A stretch of DNA of 64,000 bases from Gammaproteobacteria bacterium. GTDB lineage: Bacteria; Pseudomonadota; Gammaproteobacteria; UBA6002. Location of the stretch: assembly GCA_013697705.1 (NCBI GenBank), contig JACCWJ010000004.1, positions 30,938 to 94,937 of the forward strand, read 5' to 3'. This document shows, in pieces, positions 10,199 through 21,764 of this stretch. Below the pieces are notes generated by a model, which did no database searches, was not told where the DNA came from, and worked only from the letters and a program-made list of their open reading frames with translations. Within the stretch, counting starts at the first letter, position 1; every line of letters starts with the position of its first letter. Made by a program: the position numbers and the translations under genes.

Positions 10199-10636
10199 TT
10201 AATCTTTGATTCGTACGGCCAACACATCACATTTCGCACCATGTAATACTGCATTTGCGGTAGAGCCTAATAATAGTTGCATCCCATGACGTCCATGACT
10301 ACCCACTATAATCAGATTAATACCTAGATGCTCGGCTTCTTCCAGAATAAGCGCTTTAGCAGGGCCGACTTTAATATGCTGCTTGGCTTCGGGTACTTCT
10401 AGCTTTTTACCTATCTTAATCATTAATTCCTTAGCATTTTCCAGCAACATTTCTTCGATATCTGCGCCAGCAGCCACCCCATAAGCGGCTCCGTAGCTAC
10501 TCAAATGTTCTATAGCATGTAACAGGTAGATCTCGGCGTTAAATTCCTCGGCCAACATTTTAGCTTTTGCAACGGGTAGGTCATCACATTTTGTATCCAG
10601 TTCCACTGCTAATAAAATTTTACTGTACTTTTTCAT
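10199..10636 (-). CDS. uspA: Universal stress protein UspA family
   Basis: M-KKYSKILLAVELD..., IIVGSHGRHG and C-terminal GSTANAVLHGAKCDVL ATP-binding motif; probable start is the internal ATG at 10636 (RBS ggatgagg upstream) rather than ORF-track start 10660. Confidence 0.8.
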   Translation of the reverse strand: MKKYSKILLAVELDTKCDDLPVAKAKMLAEEFNAEIYLLHAIEHLSSYGAAYGVAAGADIEEMLLENAKELMIKIGKKLEVPEAKQHIKVGPAKALILEEAEHLGINLIIVGSHGRHGMQLLLGSTANAVLHGAKCDVLAVRIKD

Positions 10637-10809
10637 AGCCTCATCCCTTGTATTTAACAATTAAAAATATATCACAAGCACATGAACAGCCATAGCTTTT
10701 GAGCAGTTAAACTTAAAATAAGGGTTGTGTGAAAACGGTTAACTTCCTGTTATTTTACTGTGCGAGAACTAGGTTGCTTTTAAAGACCCTGAAATTATAC
10801 AGAGTTAAA

Positions 10810-10965
10810 CAGTTCTATCCCCAGGCTTATCCACACTCTCATAGGCTCAGATATTCTGTTAATGTATTAATTTTACTATGTTTTTCCAGGTTACCCACAT
10901 TAATAGGCCTCCTTAATAACCACAACTAAGTAATTAATTTAATTACTATTATTATTAATAATGCG
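10810..10965. promoter_or_regulatory. DnaA-box cluster plus AT-rich tract upstream of rpmH (oriC/ars-like or rpmH regulatory region)
   Basis: Perfect TTATCCACA at 10827-10835, 8/9 box TTACCCACA at 10891-10899, 7/9 boxes at 10814-10822 and 10915-10923; 40-nt >90% AT run 10925-10965; dnaA itself absent. Confidence 0.55.
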
Positions 10966-11058
10966 TTGGGGTTTTTATTTTTTTAGTGAATTTCTAGTTG
11001 AAAAATTATTAGCTCCTGTTATCCTTGGCTGTTTGATTTCGAACTGAAGAGAATCCCC

Positions 11059-11193
11059 ATGAAAAGAACCTTTCAACCCAGCAATTTAAGGCGTAAACGT
11101 GTCCATGGTTTTTTGGCTAGAATGGCTACTGCCAATGGTCGCAAGATATTAAAGAACAGAAGACGTAAAGGTCGCAAAGTATTAAGTGCTTAA
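11059..11193 (+). CDS. rpmH: 50S ribosomal protein L34
   Basis: 44-aa [47 protein letters not shown], textbook L34; not in ORF track because <60 aa. Confidence 0.95.
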   Translation: MKRTFQPSNLRRKRVHGFLARMATANGRKILKNRRRKGRKVLSA

Positions 11194-11551
11194 ACCGAAA
11201 AAGTTAGAGAAGGATTCTAGACTTGCAGCCGCTGAGAGCTTTCAAAAAGTATACCGTAATGGGCGAAAATTCCGCCATCATGGTATCAGTGTCTTAGTAT
11301 GTCAGAATGAACTAGCTCATTCCCGGATTGGAATTAGCGTCGCCAAGAAGCAAGTGCCACGAGCAGTAGATCGTAATAGAATCAAGCGCATCGTCAGAGA
11401 AAGCTTTCGACTGAGACGAGATGATTTAACGGCCAATCTAGATATGGTGTTCTTGATTTATTCCACGCTGTTAGAGCTAAGTAATCACGAGATACAATTA
11501 TGTTTGGACTTTTTGTGGACAAAACTAATAAGTTTTTACAAAAAAGTATAA
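11186..11551 (+). CDS. rnpA: RNase P protein component
   Basis: GTG start overlapping rpmH stop; basic 121-aa protein with RNR-motif region [11 protein letters not shown]; canonical rpmH-rnpA linkage. Confidence 0.85.
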   Translation: MLKPKKLEKDSRLAAAESFQKVYRNGRKFRHHGISVLVCQNELAHSRIGISVAKKQVPRAVDRNRIKRIVRESFRLRRDDLTANLDMVFLIYSTLLELSNHEIQLCLDFLWTKLISFYKKV

Positions 11552-11781
11552 TTTTCGGTTTAAAAATTTATCGCTATACCCTAAGCCCCATGCTTGGGCC
11601 ACGATGCCGCTTTTACCCAAGTTGTTCGCAATACGCTATCGAGGCTTTAACTAACTGTGGCCTTATCAAAGGTAGTTATTTAATCGTACGACGTTTGTTA
11701 AAGTGTCATCCTTTTCATCCGGGCGGATATGACCCGGTCATTAGTTCGCATAATTTTTGTACCACGCCACAACCGAAGTAA
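11500..11781 (+). CDS. yidD: Membrane protein insertion efficiency factor YidD
   Basis: [26 protein letters not shown]...[13 protein letters not shown] matches YidD signature; start ambiguous (ATG 11500 or GTG 11515), overlaps rnpA 3' end. Confidence 0.8.
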   Translation: MFGLFVDKTNKFLQKSIIFGLKIYRYTLSPMLGPRCRFYPSCSQYAIEALTNCGLIKGSYLIVRRLLKCHPFHPGGYDPVISSHNFCTTPQPK

Positions 11782-11787
11782 TTAAAT

Positions 11788-13464
11788 ATGTATGATCGAA
11801 AAATTTACCTTTATTTTGCTTTAGCCATTACGGGTTTCCTACTTTGGACCGCATGGCAGAAAGATTACGCTCCAAAACCCCAAGTCGCAGCACAAGTTGC
11901 CCCTTCGGCTATTCAGCCTGTTTTAACTCCTGCAGCTCCAGGAAGTGTGACAACGGGAGAAAAAAATCCTCAAGACCGTTTTATTCAAGTGAAAACAGAT
12001 GCGCTTGATATAAAAATCGATAAAGTTGGGGGAAATATTGTTTCTCTTAAATTACTAAAGTACCCCGTAGCGTATGAAACTCCGCAAATTCCAGTCAGTT
12101 TGTTAACGGATGACACGGCAAATTACTATGTTACCGAGAGTGGCTTCGATAGCAAGAATGGACTCGAAACGTCAAAGACGATGTTTGAATCACCCCAAAG
12201 TGTTTATCAGTTAGACCCAAATAAAGACGATTTAGCGGTAGACCTTACTTGGAAGGGAAATAACATCACAGTCAAGAAGACCTATGTCTTCAAAAGAGGT
12301 AAGTACGATATCAACCTTAACCATGCTCTTCAAAATAATGCAAATGAAGCGTGGCAGGGCAATCTTTTTGCACAAATTAAGCGACGTGGCCTCTCCGATG
12401 AAAACAACATCTTTGGTTTACATACTTATCGCGGAGCTGCTATTTCCAGTCCTGCAGATGTGTATGAAAAAATCAGTTACAGCAAGATGGATAAGGAAAA
12501 CTTAAATAGGGTTGTTAAAAATGGCTGGCTTGCAATGCAGCAACGCTATTTTGTGAGCGCCTTAGTTCCCAACCTTGCTGAGCCGCTCCAATATTTTAGT
12601 AGTGTGTCTTCTATAGGCCCTACCGATAAACCCGCTGATAAAATCTATACCATTGGTTTTAAAACACCTGAACTTACAGTGCCGCCGCACAGTGTAAAAA
12701 ACGTTGCCACAACTTTGTACTCTGGTCCAGAAATTGCCGATGTGTTGAAACAAGTAGCACCTAACTTGGATCGCGTCATTGACTACGGATGGCTCTCTAT
12801 TTTTTCTGTTGCCATCTTCAAAGTAATGGAGTGGATACATCAATTTGTTAAGAATTGGGGCGTCGCCATCATTTTAGTAACGGTCATGATTAAGTTACTT
12901 TTCTACAAACTTTCAGAAACGAGTTATCGGTCCATGGCGAGGATGCGCAATTTACAACCTCGTTTATTAGCCTTGAAAGATAAATTTGGCGACGATCGAC
13001 AAAAATTAAGCCAAGCGACCATGGAGCTTTACAAAAAAGAAAAAGTAAATCCTTTGGGCGGTTGCTTGCCCATGGTCATACAGATCCCAGTGTTTATAGC
13101 ACTCTACTATGTGTTAATAGAAAGTGTCCAACTAAGACAAGCGCCCTTTATTTTTTGGATACATGATTTATCGGTAAAAGATCCCTTCTACGTTCTTCCC
13201 ATATTGATGGGGTTGAGCTGGATGATGCAACAAAAACTGAATCCGCCTCCGCCAGATCCTGTTCAAGCAAAAATGATGATGCTGTTTCCGGTCGTATTTA
13301 CGGTTTTATTTGCCACCTTCCCTGCAGGGCTAGTGCTCTACTGGATTGTAAATAACTGTTTATCTATTTTGCAGCAGTGGTACATCATGCGAAAGGTCGA
13401 AAATGAAGGCAAAAAATCGTTGCCGAAAACAAAGACAAAGACTCGAGTAAGCAGTAGTCGATAA
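11788..13464 (+). CDS. yidC: Membrane protein insertase YidC
   Basis: 558 aa, N-terminal TM, large periplasmic domain, C-terminal 5-TM core and lysine-rich tail; rnpA-yidD-yidC-mnmE synteny. Confidence 0.92.
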   Translation: MYDRKIYLYFALAITGFLLWTAWQKDYAPKPQVAAQVAPSAIQPVLTPAAPGSVTTGEKNPQDRFIQVKTDALDIKIDKVGGNIVSLKLLKYPVAYETPQIPVSLLTDDTANYYVTESGFDSKNGLETSKTMFESPQSVYQLDPNKDDLAVDLTWKGNNITVKKTYVFKRGKYDINLNHALQNNANEAWQGNLFAQIKRRGLSDENNIFGLHTYRGAAISSPADVYEKISYSKMDKENLNRVVKNGWLAMQQRYFVSALVPNLAEPLQYFSSVSSIGPTDKPADKIYTIGFKTPELTVPPHSVKNVATTLYSGPEIADVLKQVAPNLDRVIDYGWLSIFSVAIFKVMEWIHQFVKNWGVAIILVTVMIKLLFYKLSETSYRSMARMRNLQPRLLALKDKFGDDRQKLSQATMELYKKEKVNPLGGCLPMVIQIPVFIALYYVLIESVQLRQAPFIFWIHDLSVKDPFYVLPILMGLSWMMQQKLNPPPPDPVQAKMMMLFPVVFTVLFATFPAGLVLYWIVNNCLSILQQWYIMRKVENEGKKSLPKTKTKTRVSSSR

Positions 13465-14841
13465 ATGAATCCTCTCTTTCAAGATACCATTGCGGCCCAG
13501 GCTACTCCGCCGGGTCGCGGTGGCATCGGAATCATCCGAATTTCAGGTCAGGCAGCTTCAGAAGTTGCACAATTAATTTTAGGTAGATTACCGAGTCCGC
13601 GTTATGCCACTTTTTGCGATTTTTTAGATCACGATGGTTCTGTCATTGATCAGGGTCTGGCGCTTTATTTTAAGTCTCCTTATTCTTTCACGGGTGAAGA
13701 TGTCCTTGAGCTTCATGCCCATGGAGGAAGTGTTGTTATCGATATTTTATTACAAAGAATCTTGAAACTCGGTGTGAGAATGGCAAGGCCGGGAGAGTTT
13801 TCAGAAAGAGCTTTTTTGAATGATAAAATCGATTTGACACAAGCAGAAGCGATTGCAGACTTGATAGAAGCTTCGTCGGCTGAGGCGGCAAGAAGTGCAA
13901 TCAATTCTTTGCAAGGCAAATTTTCAGAACAAATTCGTCGCTTAGTAAATGAGTTCGTGACCTTACGGGTTTATGTGGAAGCAGCGATTGATTTTCCAGA
14001 AGAGGAAATTGATTTTTTATCTGATGGAAAAATTCTAACCCAATTAAAGGGGTTAATGGCGCAACTTGAAACCATCTTAATACAAGCCAAACAAGGACGT
14101 GCTTTGAACGAGGGGATGAAGGTCGTCATAGCAGGCTATCCAAATGCCGGCAAATCAAGTCTATTAAATAATTTAAGTGGTCATGACTCTGCTATTGTCA
14201 GTGATATTCCTGGGACAACCCGTGATGTCATTCGAGAAACAATTCTCATTGATGGTCTACCCCTGCACGTCATAGATACAGCGGGGCTTAGAGAAGAAAG
14301 TGAAACCGCCGATATAATCGAGTTGGAAGGGATGAAAAGAGCGTGGCACGAAATTCCTCAAGCTGACAGAATTTTATTAGTGGTTGATGCGGTATCAACT
14401 GCACCTTCGCAATGTGCGACTCATGAACTTCTACAGCAATTCAAAGGTTTGGAGCAGCGCCTAACCCTCATCCGAAATAAAATTGATTTGACGGGTGAAG
14501 CGCCCTTAATGGCTATTCCCGATAATTCAGGATTTACTGTCATCAATGTTTCTGCAAAAACAGATGCCGGTATTGATTTACTCAAAAAGCATTTAAAAGA
14601 GTGCATGGGGTATGGGGGTGGAAACAACCTTTTTATTGCGAGAAGAAGACACTTGGAGGCATTACTCAAGGCGCAATCCCACTGTTTAAAAGCGCTTGAA
14701 CAATTGGTGGAGTACAAAGCGGGCGAGTTAGTTGCACAAGAACTTAGAGAGGCGCAAAATGCTTTATCAGAAATCACCGGTGAATTTCGTAATGATGATC
14801 TGCTAGGTGAGATCTTTTCTTCTTTTTGTATAGGTAAGTAG
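13465..14841 (+). CDS. mnmE: tRNA modification GTPase MnmE (TrmE)
   Basis: G-domain motifs [22 protein letters not shown] and the invariant C-terminal CIGK. Confidence 0.93.
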   Translation: MNPLFQDTIAAQATPPGRGGIGIIRISGQAASEVAQLILGRLPSPRYATFCDFLDHDGSVIDQGLALYFKSPYSFTGEDVLELHAHGGSVVIDILLQRILKLGVRMARPGEFSERAFLNDKIDLTQAEAIADLIEASSAEAARSAINSLQGKFSEQIRRLVNEFVTLRVYVEAAIDFPEEEIDFLSDGKILTQLKGLMAQLETILIQAKQGRALNEGMKVVIAGYPNAGKSSLLNNLSGHDSAIVSDIPGTTRDVIRETILIDGLPLHVIDTAGLREESETADIIELEGMKRAWHEIPQADRILLVVDAVSTAPSQCATHELLQQFKGLEQRLTLIRNKIDLTGEAPLMAIPDNSGFTVINVSAKTDAGIDLLKKHLKECMGYGGGNNLFIARRRHLEALLKAQSHCLKALEQLVEYKAGELVAQELREAQNALSEITGEFRNDDLLGEIFSSFCIGK

Positions 14842-14853
14842 CTGGACATTCAT

Positions 14854-16731
14854 ATGAGCAAGAATTCTTCAAATTGTTATGACGTCATTGTAGTAGGAGG
14901 AGGTCACGCCGGAACGGAAGCTGCATTAGCCGCCGCGCGCATGGGCGTTCAAACACTTTTGCTGACTCATAATATAGAAACCTTAGGCCAGATGTCGTGC
15001 AATCCTGCTATTGGTGGTATTGGTAAAGGTCACCTCGTGAAAGAAATTGATGCCCTGGGAGGGGCAATGGCCAGTGCGATTGATAAAGCAGGAATTCATT
15101 TTAGAACGTTAAATTCAAGTAAAGGTCCGGCAGTACAAGCAACCCGAGCGCAGGGCGATCGGCTTCTGTATAAACAAGCCATACGCTATAAACTTGAAAA
15201 TCAGCCTAATTTGAGAATATTTCAACAAGCTGTCGATGATATTTTACTTGAAAATGATCAAGTCATAGGTGTTCAGACTCAAATTGGAATAAAGTTTTAC
15301 GCAAGACAAGTCATTGTTACAGCGGGTACCTTTTTAGGTGGAAAAATCCACATAGGATTAGAAAACTATCAAGGAGGTCGCGCAGGTGATCCTCCTGCTA
15401 TGACTTTAGCCCTGCGCTTACGGGATTTGTCCTTGCGTGTTAATCGTTTAAAAACGGGGACACCCCCTCGCATAGATGGCAGAACTATTGATTATTCAAA
15501 GATCCAGAAACAGCCTGGCGATTCCCCTATTCCCCATTTTTCTTTCATAGCAAGTGAGTGTTATCCTGAGCAGGTTAATTGTTATATCACTCATACTAAT
15601 CTTCAGACCCATGAAATAATTTTACAAAGTTTTGATCGATCGCCCATGTATACAGGAATTATTGAGGGTATAGGGCCGCGGTATTGTCCTTCCATAGAAG
15701 ATAAAGTGGTGCGATTTGCTGACAAGCAATCCCATCAAATTTTCCTAGAGCCTGAAGGACTTACGACGCATGAAGTGTATCCCAATGGCATTTCTACGAG
15801 TTTACCTTTTGATATCCAAGAAAAATTCTTACGCACCATTACAGGTCTTGAACAAGCTCATATTACTCGCCCTGGCTATGCAATTGAGTACGATTTCTTT
15901 GATCCGAGAGACCTAACCCCCTATCTTGAAACTAAAGCCATCCCAGGATTATTTTTTGCTGGGCAAATTAATGGGACGACAGGTTACGAGGAAGCAGGAG
16001 CGCAAGGACTTATTGCTGGCTTAAATGCGGCGCGAAAATCTCTCGATTTAGAATTATGGTCGCCGAGACGAGATGAGGCTTATATAGGGGTTCTAATCGA
16101 CGATCTAATTACTGCCGGCACGCAAGAGCCCTATCGTATGTTTACGAGTCGCGCTGAACATCGGTTGATTCTTCGAGAGGATAATGCTGATTTACGTTTA
16201 ACCGAAATTGGGCGTCACTTAGGATTAGTTGATGATCACCGCTACGACCTGTTCAACCAAAAAAGTGAAGCGATAGCAAAAGAACGCGAACGATTGCATT
16301 CTACCTGGGTTCTACCCCATTCCGAGGCAGGTCTAGAAGTGGGTAAAGCGCTTGGGAAATCCTTAGAACGGGAATATAGAATCATGGACTTACTTAAACG
16401 GCCAGAAGCGCAATATGCTACTTTAATGAATATTAAAGGACTTGGAGAGCCGGTAGCAGATAGCAAGGTCTCAGAACAAATACAAATTCAGGCAAAATAT
16501 GAAGGTTATATTCAACGACAATTGGCAGAAATAGAGCGCCAGCGGCGCAATGAAGAAACCACGTTGCCCACTCGAATTGACTATGACAAGGTACAAGGAT
16601 TGTCGAGCGAAGTCAGACAAAAACTCAAGGAGGTTAAACCTACATCCATTGGTCAAGCTTCTCGCATCCCGGGTGTAACTCCGGCAGCCCTTTCGTTATT
16701 GCTTATTCATCTTAAAAAAACGACCTTTTAA
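14854..16731 (+). CDS. mnmG: tRNA uridine 5-carboxymethylaminomethyl modification enzyme MnmG (GidA)
   Basis: FAD-binding [14 protein letters not shown], 625 aa, followed by rsmG. Confidence 0.93.
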   Translation: MSKNSSNCYDVIVVGGGHAGTEAALAAARMGVQTLLLTHNIETLGQMSCNPAIGGIGKGHLVKEIDALGGAMASAIDKAGIHFRTLNSSKGPAVQATRAQGDRLLYKQAIRYKLENQPNLRIFQQAVDDILLENDQVIGVQTQIGIKFYARQVIVTAGTFLGGKIHIGLENYQGGRAGDPPAMTLALRLRDLSLRVNRLKTGTPPRIDGRTIDYSKIQKQPGDSPIPHFSFIASECYPEQVNCYITHTNLQTHEIILQSFDRSPMYTGIIEGIGPRYCPSIEDKVVRFADKQSHQIFLEPEGLTTHEVYPNGISTSLPFDIQEKFLRTITGLEQAHITRPGYAIEYDFFDPRDLTPYLETKAIPGLFFAGQINGTTGYEEAGAQGLIAGLNAARKSLDLELWSPRRDEAYIGVLIDDLITAGTQEPYRMFTSRAEHRLILREDNADLRLTEIGRHLGLVDDHRYDLFNQKSEAIAKERERLHSTWVLPHSEAGLEVGKALGKSLEREYRIMDLLKRPEAQYATLMNIKGLGEPVADSKVSEQIQIQAKYEGYIQRQLAEIERQRRNEETTLPTRIDYDKVQGLSSEVRQKLKEVKPTSIGQASRIPGVTPAALSLLLIHLKKTTF

Positions 16732-16749
16732 TCCCCTGGTACTAAGTTT

Positions 16750-17385
16750 ATGAATGAAAAGAATTCATTATTAACAGTGCTTGATGCTGGACTAAATGAA
16801 TTGGGCATAAAATTATCAGACATTGATCAAGAAAGATTACTGTTTTTTATTTCCCTGCTAATCAAATGGAATAAGGTCTATAACTTAACCGCTATTGTCC
16901 AGCCTGAAGCAATTATTCAGCGTCATCTTTTGGATAGTCTCAGCATTACACCTTATATTCGGGGCAAAAAAGTTCTAGATGTTGGTTCAGGCGCAGGTTT
17001 GCCTGGAATACCTTGTGCCTTAGCCCTACCCGCCCAGGATTTTACGTTGCTTGACAGCAATGGCAAAAAAACGCGTTTTATGACCCAGGCGGTTGCAGAA
17101 TTACAGATGAAAAATGTAGAGGTTATACAATCCAGAGTAGAGGATTATCACCCCAAGCAATATTTCGATACTATTTTAGTAAGAGCATTCTCCTCTATTG
17201 AGAATATTTTGTTACAAACAAGACACCTACTTTGTGCAGGCGGCGAATTACTTATTATGAAGGGTATTTATCCGAGTGCAGAGCTGCAAAATATAAACAA
17301 CCATGTTAAAGTTCACAAATTACTAGTTCCTGGGCTCAACGAACAGCGACATTTAGTCTGTATTAAAGGATCTCTTGATGGGTAA
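16750..17385 (+). CDS. rsmG: 16S rRNA m7G527 methyltransferase RsmG (GidB)
   Basis: SAM motif VLDVGSGAGLPGIP; mnmG-rsmG-parAB context. Confidence 0.88.
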   Translation: MNEKNSLLTVLDAGLNELGIKLSDIDQERLLFFISLLIKWNKVYNLTAIVQPEAIIQRHLLDSLSITPYIRGKKVLDVGSGAGLPGIPCALALPAQDFTLLDSNGKKTRFMTQAVAELQMKNVEVIQSRVEDYHPKQYFDTILVRAFSSIENILLQTRHLLCAGGELLIMKGIYPSAELQNINNHVKVHKLLVPGLNEQRHLVCIKGSLDG

Positions 17386-18184
17386 TGTTATAGCTGTTGC
17401 TAATCAAAAAGGGGGGGTTGGAAAGACCACCACCTGTGTCAATCTTGCAGCATCGCTTGCTGCGACCAAGCGGAAAGTTTTACTGGTTGATCTAGATCCT
17501 CAAGGCAATGCTTCCGTTGGCAGTGGAGTGCGTCCACTCGAAACATCCCCTACTATGAATGATATTTTAATAGGTGAAGCGGATGTAGCTGGGGTCAAGG
17601 TAATGGCGCCGGCGGGATACGAGGTGCTACCTTCTGATAATAGTTTGACTGTGGCTGAGGTCCGCTTGCTTAAGCAACAAAGACGTGAATTTCTGTTAAA
17701 AGAAAGCCTTAGTTCAGCAAAAAACGAGTATGACTATATCATAATAGACTGCCCTCCTTCGCTAAATATGCTGACCGTCAACGCCCTAGTCGCTTGTGAT
17801 TCTGTATTGATTCCTATGCAATGTGAATATTATGCAATGGAAGGTCTTGCGGGATTACTAAGCACCATTGAACAACTGCGTTATTCAGCTAACCCAACCC
17901 TGGAATTGGAAGGGTTGCTAAGGACAATGTTCGATGGAAGAAATCGATTGGCGATTGAAGTATCAGATCAACTAGTCAGCCACTTTGGCGAAAAAGTATA
18001 TCAAACAGTCATCCCACGAAATATTCGTCTGGCCGAAGCGCCCAGCCATGGCCTGCCCGTTTTATTGTATGACAATAAGTCTCAAGGAGCGGCTGCCTAC
18101 CTTGCTTTGGCAGGAGAGATTGTTCGCAAACAAACTAAAACGTCGGCTATTAATCAAAGACAAGAGGTTGAGTATGACAGTTAA
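17375..18184 (+). CDS. parA: Chromosome partitioning ATPase ParA/Soj
   Basis: Deviant Walker A KGGVGKTT, 269 aa. Confidence 0.9.
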   Translation: MMGNVIAVANQKGGVGKTTTCVNLAASLAATKRKVLLVDLDPQGNASVGSGVRPLETSPTMNDILIGEADVAGVKVMAPAGYEVLPSDNSLTVAEVRLLKQQRREFLLKESLSSAKNEYDYIIIDCPPSLNMLTVNALVACDSVLIPMQCEYYAMEGLAGLLSTIEQLRYSANPTLELEGLLRTMFDGRNRLAIEVSDQLVSHFGEKVYQTVIPRNIRLAEAPSHGLPVLLYDNKSQGAAAYLALAGEIVRKQTKTSAINQRQEVEYDS

Positions 18185-19070
18185 GAAGAGAGGATTAGGA
18201 CGAGGTCTTAGTGATCTTGGATTAAATGAATTACTTAGCCGTATGTCGACAGAGGTAAAAGTTGTTGACACCCCAAGTAGCGAAGCTGATAAGCACCCTG
18301 AACTAAAAAACTTGGATCTTGACGCTATTCAGCCTGGAAAATATCAGCCTCGAAGAGATATTGATGAAAAATCTTTGCAAGAATTAGCTGAGTCAATCCA
18401 ATCTCAAGGGATTATTCAGCCCATTGTAGTGCGTAAAATTGCAGCAAAACGCTATGAAATTATTGCTGGCGAAAGGCGGTGGCGTGCGGCAAAAATTGCC
18501 GGATTAAAAGAAATCCCGGTCATAGTAAGAGACATCCCTGATGAAGCTGCCATAGCAATGGCCTTGATCGAGAATATCCAAAGAGAAGATTTGAATGCAA
18601 TAGAGGAAGCGATTGCCTTACAAAGATTAAGCCAAGAGTTTTCATTAACACATCAAGAGATAGCGACGATAGTGGGCAAGTCGCGAGCAACAATCAGTAA
18701 TTTATTGAGGTTATTAACCCTTCCTTCTGAAATAAAGTTGATGGTGGAGAAAGGCGAGATCGAAATGGGCCATGCACGAGCACTATTGTCCCTCGATGAA
18801 GAACGCCAGCTACAAGTAGCAAAACAGATTAACTTAAAAAAATTATCCGTGCGAGAAACCGAGCTCTACATTAGACGCCTTTTAAATCTTTCTGATATCC
18901 CTATTCCTGTCGAAAAAGATGTAAATTTGGCTCGGATCGAAAAGACATTAGCTAAACATCTGGGTCTGAGAGTCACAATAAAGGCAAAGGATGAAAACAA
19001 GGGCAAGTTAATTGTGCATTATAAAAATAGTGACCAATTACATTCGATTTTGGAGCATTTTGAGGAATAA
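18174..19070 (+). CDS. parB: Chromosome partitioning protein ParB/Spo0J
   Basis: MTVKKRGLGRGLSDL N-terminus, GERRWRAA ParB box, HTH; true start is ATG 18174 (11-nt overlap with parA); ORF-track start 17985 is over-extended. Confidence 0.88.
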   Translation: MTVKKRGLGRGLSDLGLNELLSRMSTEVKVVDTPSSEADKHPELKNLDLDAIQPGKYQPRRDIDEKSLQELAESIQSQGIIQPIVVRKIAAKRYEIIAGERRWRAAKIAGLKEIPVIVRDIPDEAAIAMALIENIQREDLNAIEEAIALQRLSQEFSLTHQEIATIVGKSRATISNLLRLLTLPSEIKLMVEKGEIEMGHARALLSLDEERQLQVAKQINLKKLSVRETELYIRRLLNLSDIPIPVEKDVNLARIEKTLAKHLGLRVTIKAKDENKGKLIVHYKNSDQLHSILEHFEE

Positions 19071-19124
19071 GATCGATTCGTTTTGAAAATTTAATATTTT
19101 CATAAGCTATAGCATTAAACACAG

Positions 19125-19160
19125 TTGTAAATCATTCTCAAAATCATATATACTCCGCCA
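19125..19160 (+). promoter_or_regulatory. Candidate sigma-70 promoter for the atp operon (TTGTAA -16/17 nt- TATATA)
   Basis: Hexamers read directly 30-60 nt upstream of atpI start. Confidence 0.35.
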
Positions 19161-19191
19161 GGTCTCATAAAAACGGCAAAGAGGTGCAGCG

Positions 19192-20399
<1,208 letters not shown>

Positions 20400-20414
20400 T
20401 ATTAACAAAATTGA

Positions 20415-20720
<306 letters not shown>

Positions 20721-20739
20721 TCTACTAGAGGTCAGAGAC

Positions 20740-21210
20740 GTGAATATAAATCTTACTTTATTGGGCCAAATGATTACTTTCATGATTTTGGTCGGCGTGA
20801 CAATGAAGTATATTTGGCCACCTATGATGAAGGCGCTCGAGGATCGGCGTAAGCAAATAGCCGATGGTTTAGAGGCAGCAGAACGGGGTCATCATGAGCT
20901 TGAGCTTGCAAGACATAAAGCAACCGAAAGTCTGCGTGATGCCAAGCTCGAAGCCGCTAAATTAATCGATCAAGCGGCTCAGCGTGCTACTCGTATGATT
21001 GAAGATGCAAAAGGAAAGGCAAGAGAAGAAGGGGAGCGTCTAGTGATGCTCGCCAAAGATCAAATTGCTCAAGAAATGCAGACTGCAAAACATGATTTGT
21101 TACAACAAGTGGCGACGCTGGCTATTGCGAGTGCAGAAAAAATTCTAGAAAAAAAAATTGATGAGTCAGCCAATAACGCTTTGGTTGACCAGTTGATTGA
21201 TGAGATTTAA
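20740..21210 (+). CDS. atpF: F0F1 ATP synthase subunit b
   Basis: GTG start, N-terminal TM then long charged coiled coil, 156 aa. Confidence 0.9.
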   Translation: MNINLTLLGQMITFMILVGVTMKYIWPPMMKALEDRRKQIADGLEAAERGHHELELARHKATESLRDAKLEAAKLIDQAAQRATRMIEDAKGKAREEGERLVMLAKDQIAQEMQTAKHDLLQQVATLAIASAEKILEKKIDESANNALVDQLIDEI

Positions 21211-21212
21211 CT

Positions 21213-21749
21213 ATGTCTGAAATCACGACCGTTGCGAGACCTTATGCGAAAGCCATTTTTGAATCAGCTTGTGAAAAGCACTCGCTTAAAGAATGGTCAG
21301 ATACGCTAAAAAGATTAGCCTTCATTGCAAGTAGTAAAGAAATGCAACCTGTTTTAACGAGCCCGCTCGTGCCAAAAGAAGAGCTGGCTAGCATTTTTAT
21401 TGATCTTGGTGGCGAATCAATAAATGAGGACTCAAAAAACCTCATCAACTTACTTGCCGAAGGGAAGCGATTAAATTTACTGCCCGCTATTGCCAAACTA
21501 TTTGAAGACTGCGTGGCTGACCTTGAGAAACGAATTGAAGTGAAAGTGGTAAGCGCGTATTCCATCGACCCGCCCAGGTTGCAACGCTTAAAACAAGCCT
21601 TGGAAAATTATTTAAATCGCCAGGTTGCAATACGGTTTGTAGTAGACAACACGCTTATTGGCGGTGCAATTATATATGCTGGTGATGAAGTGATCGATGG
21701 CTCACTTCGCAGCAAGCTAAATAGACTTTTTGAAAGATTGAGTTGTTAG
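21213..21749 (+). CDS. atpH: F0F1 ATP synthase subunit delta
   Basis: 178 aa, position between atpF and atpA, ARPYAKAIFE N-terminus. Confidence 0.9.
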   Translation: MSEITTVARPYAKAIFESACEKHSLKEWSDTLKRLAFIASSKEMQPVLTSPLVPKEELASIFIDLGGESINEDSKNLINLLAEGKRLNLLPAIAKLFEDCVADLEKRIEVKVVSAYSIDPPRLQRLKQALENYLNRQVAIRFVVDNTLIGGAIIYAGDEVIDGSLRSKLNRLFERLSC

Positions 21750-21764
21750 GGGGATATAACCGAG

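Noticed and set aside
10729-10929. 66-aa ORF on + strand inside the DnaA-box region
   Set aside because: Lies in AT-rich non-coding DNA with DnaA boxes, has no RBS, and its residue composition is driven by A/T bias. Almost certainly not coding.
17985-18173. ORF-track 5' extension of parB (and similar extensions of glmS at 39581-39634, tkt at 39673-39735, pgk at 42857-42874, the aldehyde dehydrogenase at 54978-55022, uspA at 10637-10660, the host-attachment ORF at 60582-60617)
   Set aside because: Alignment of N-termini to well-known orthologs and RBS positions indicate that internal start codons are the real starts. The extensions overlap upstream genes or lack an RBS.
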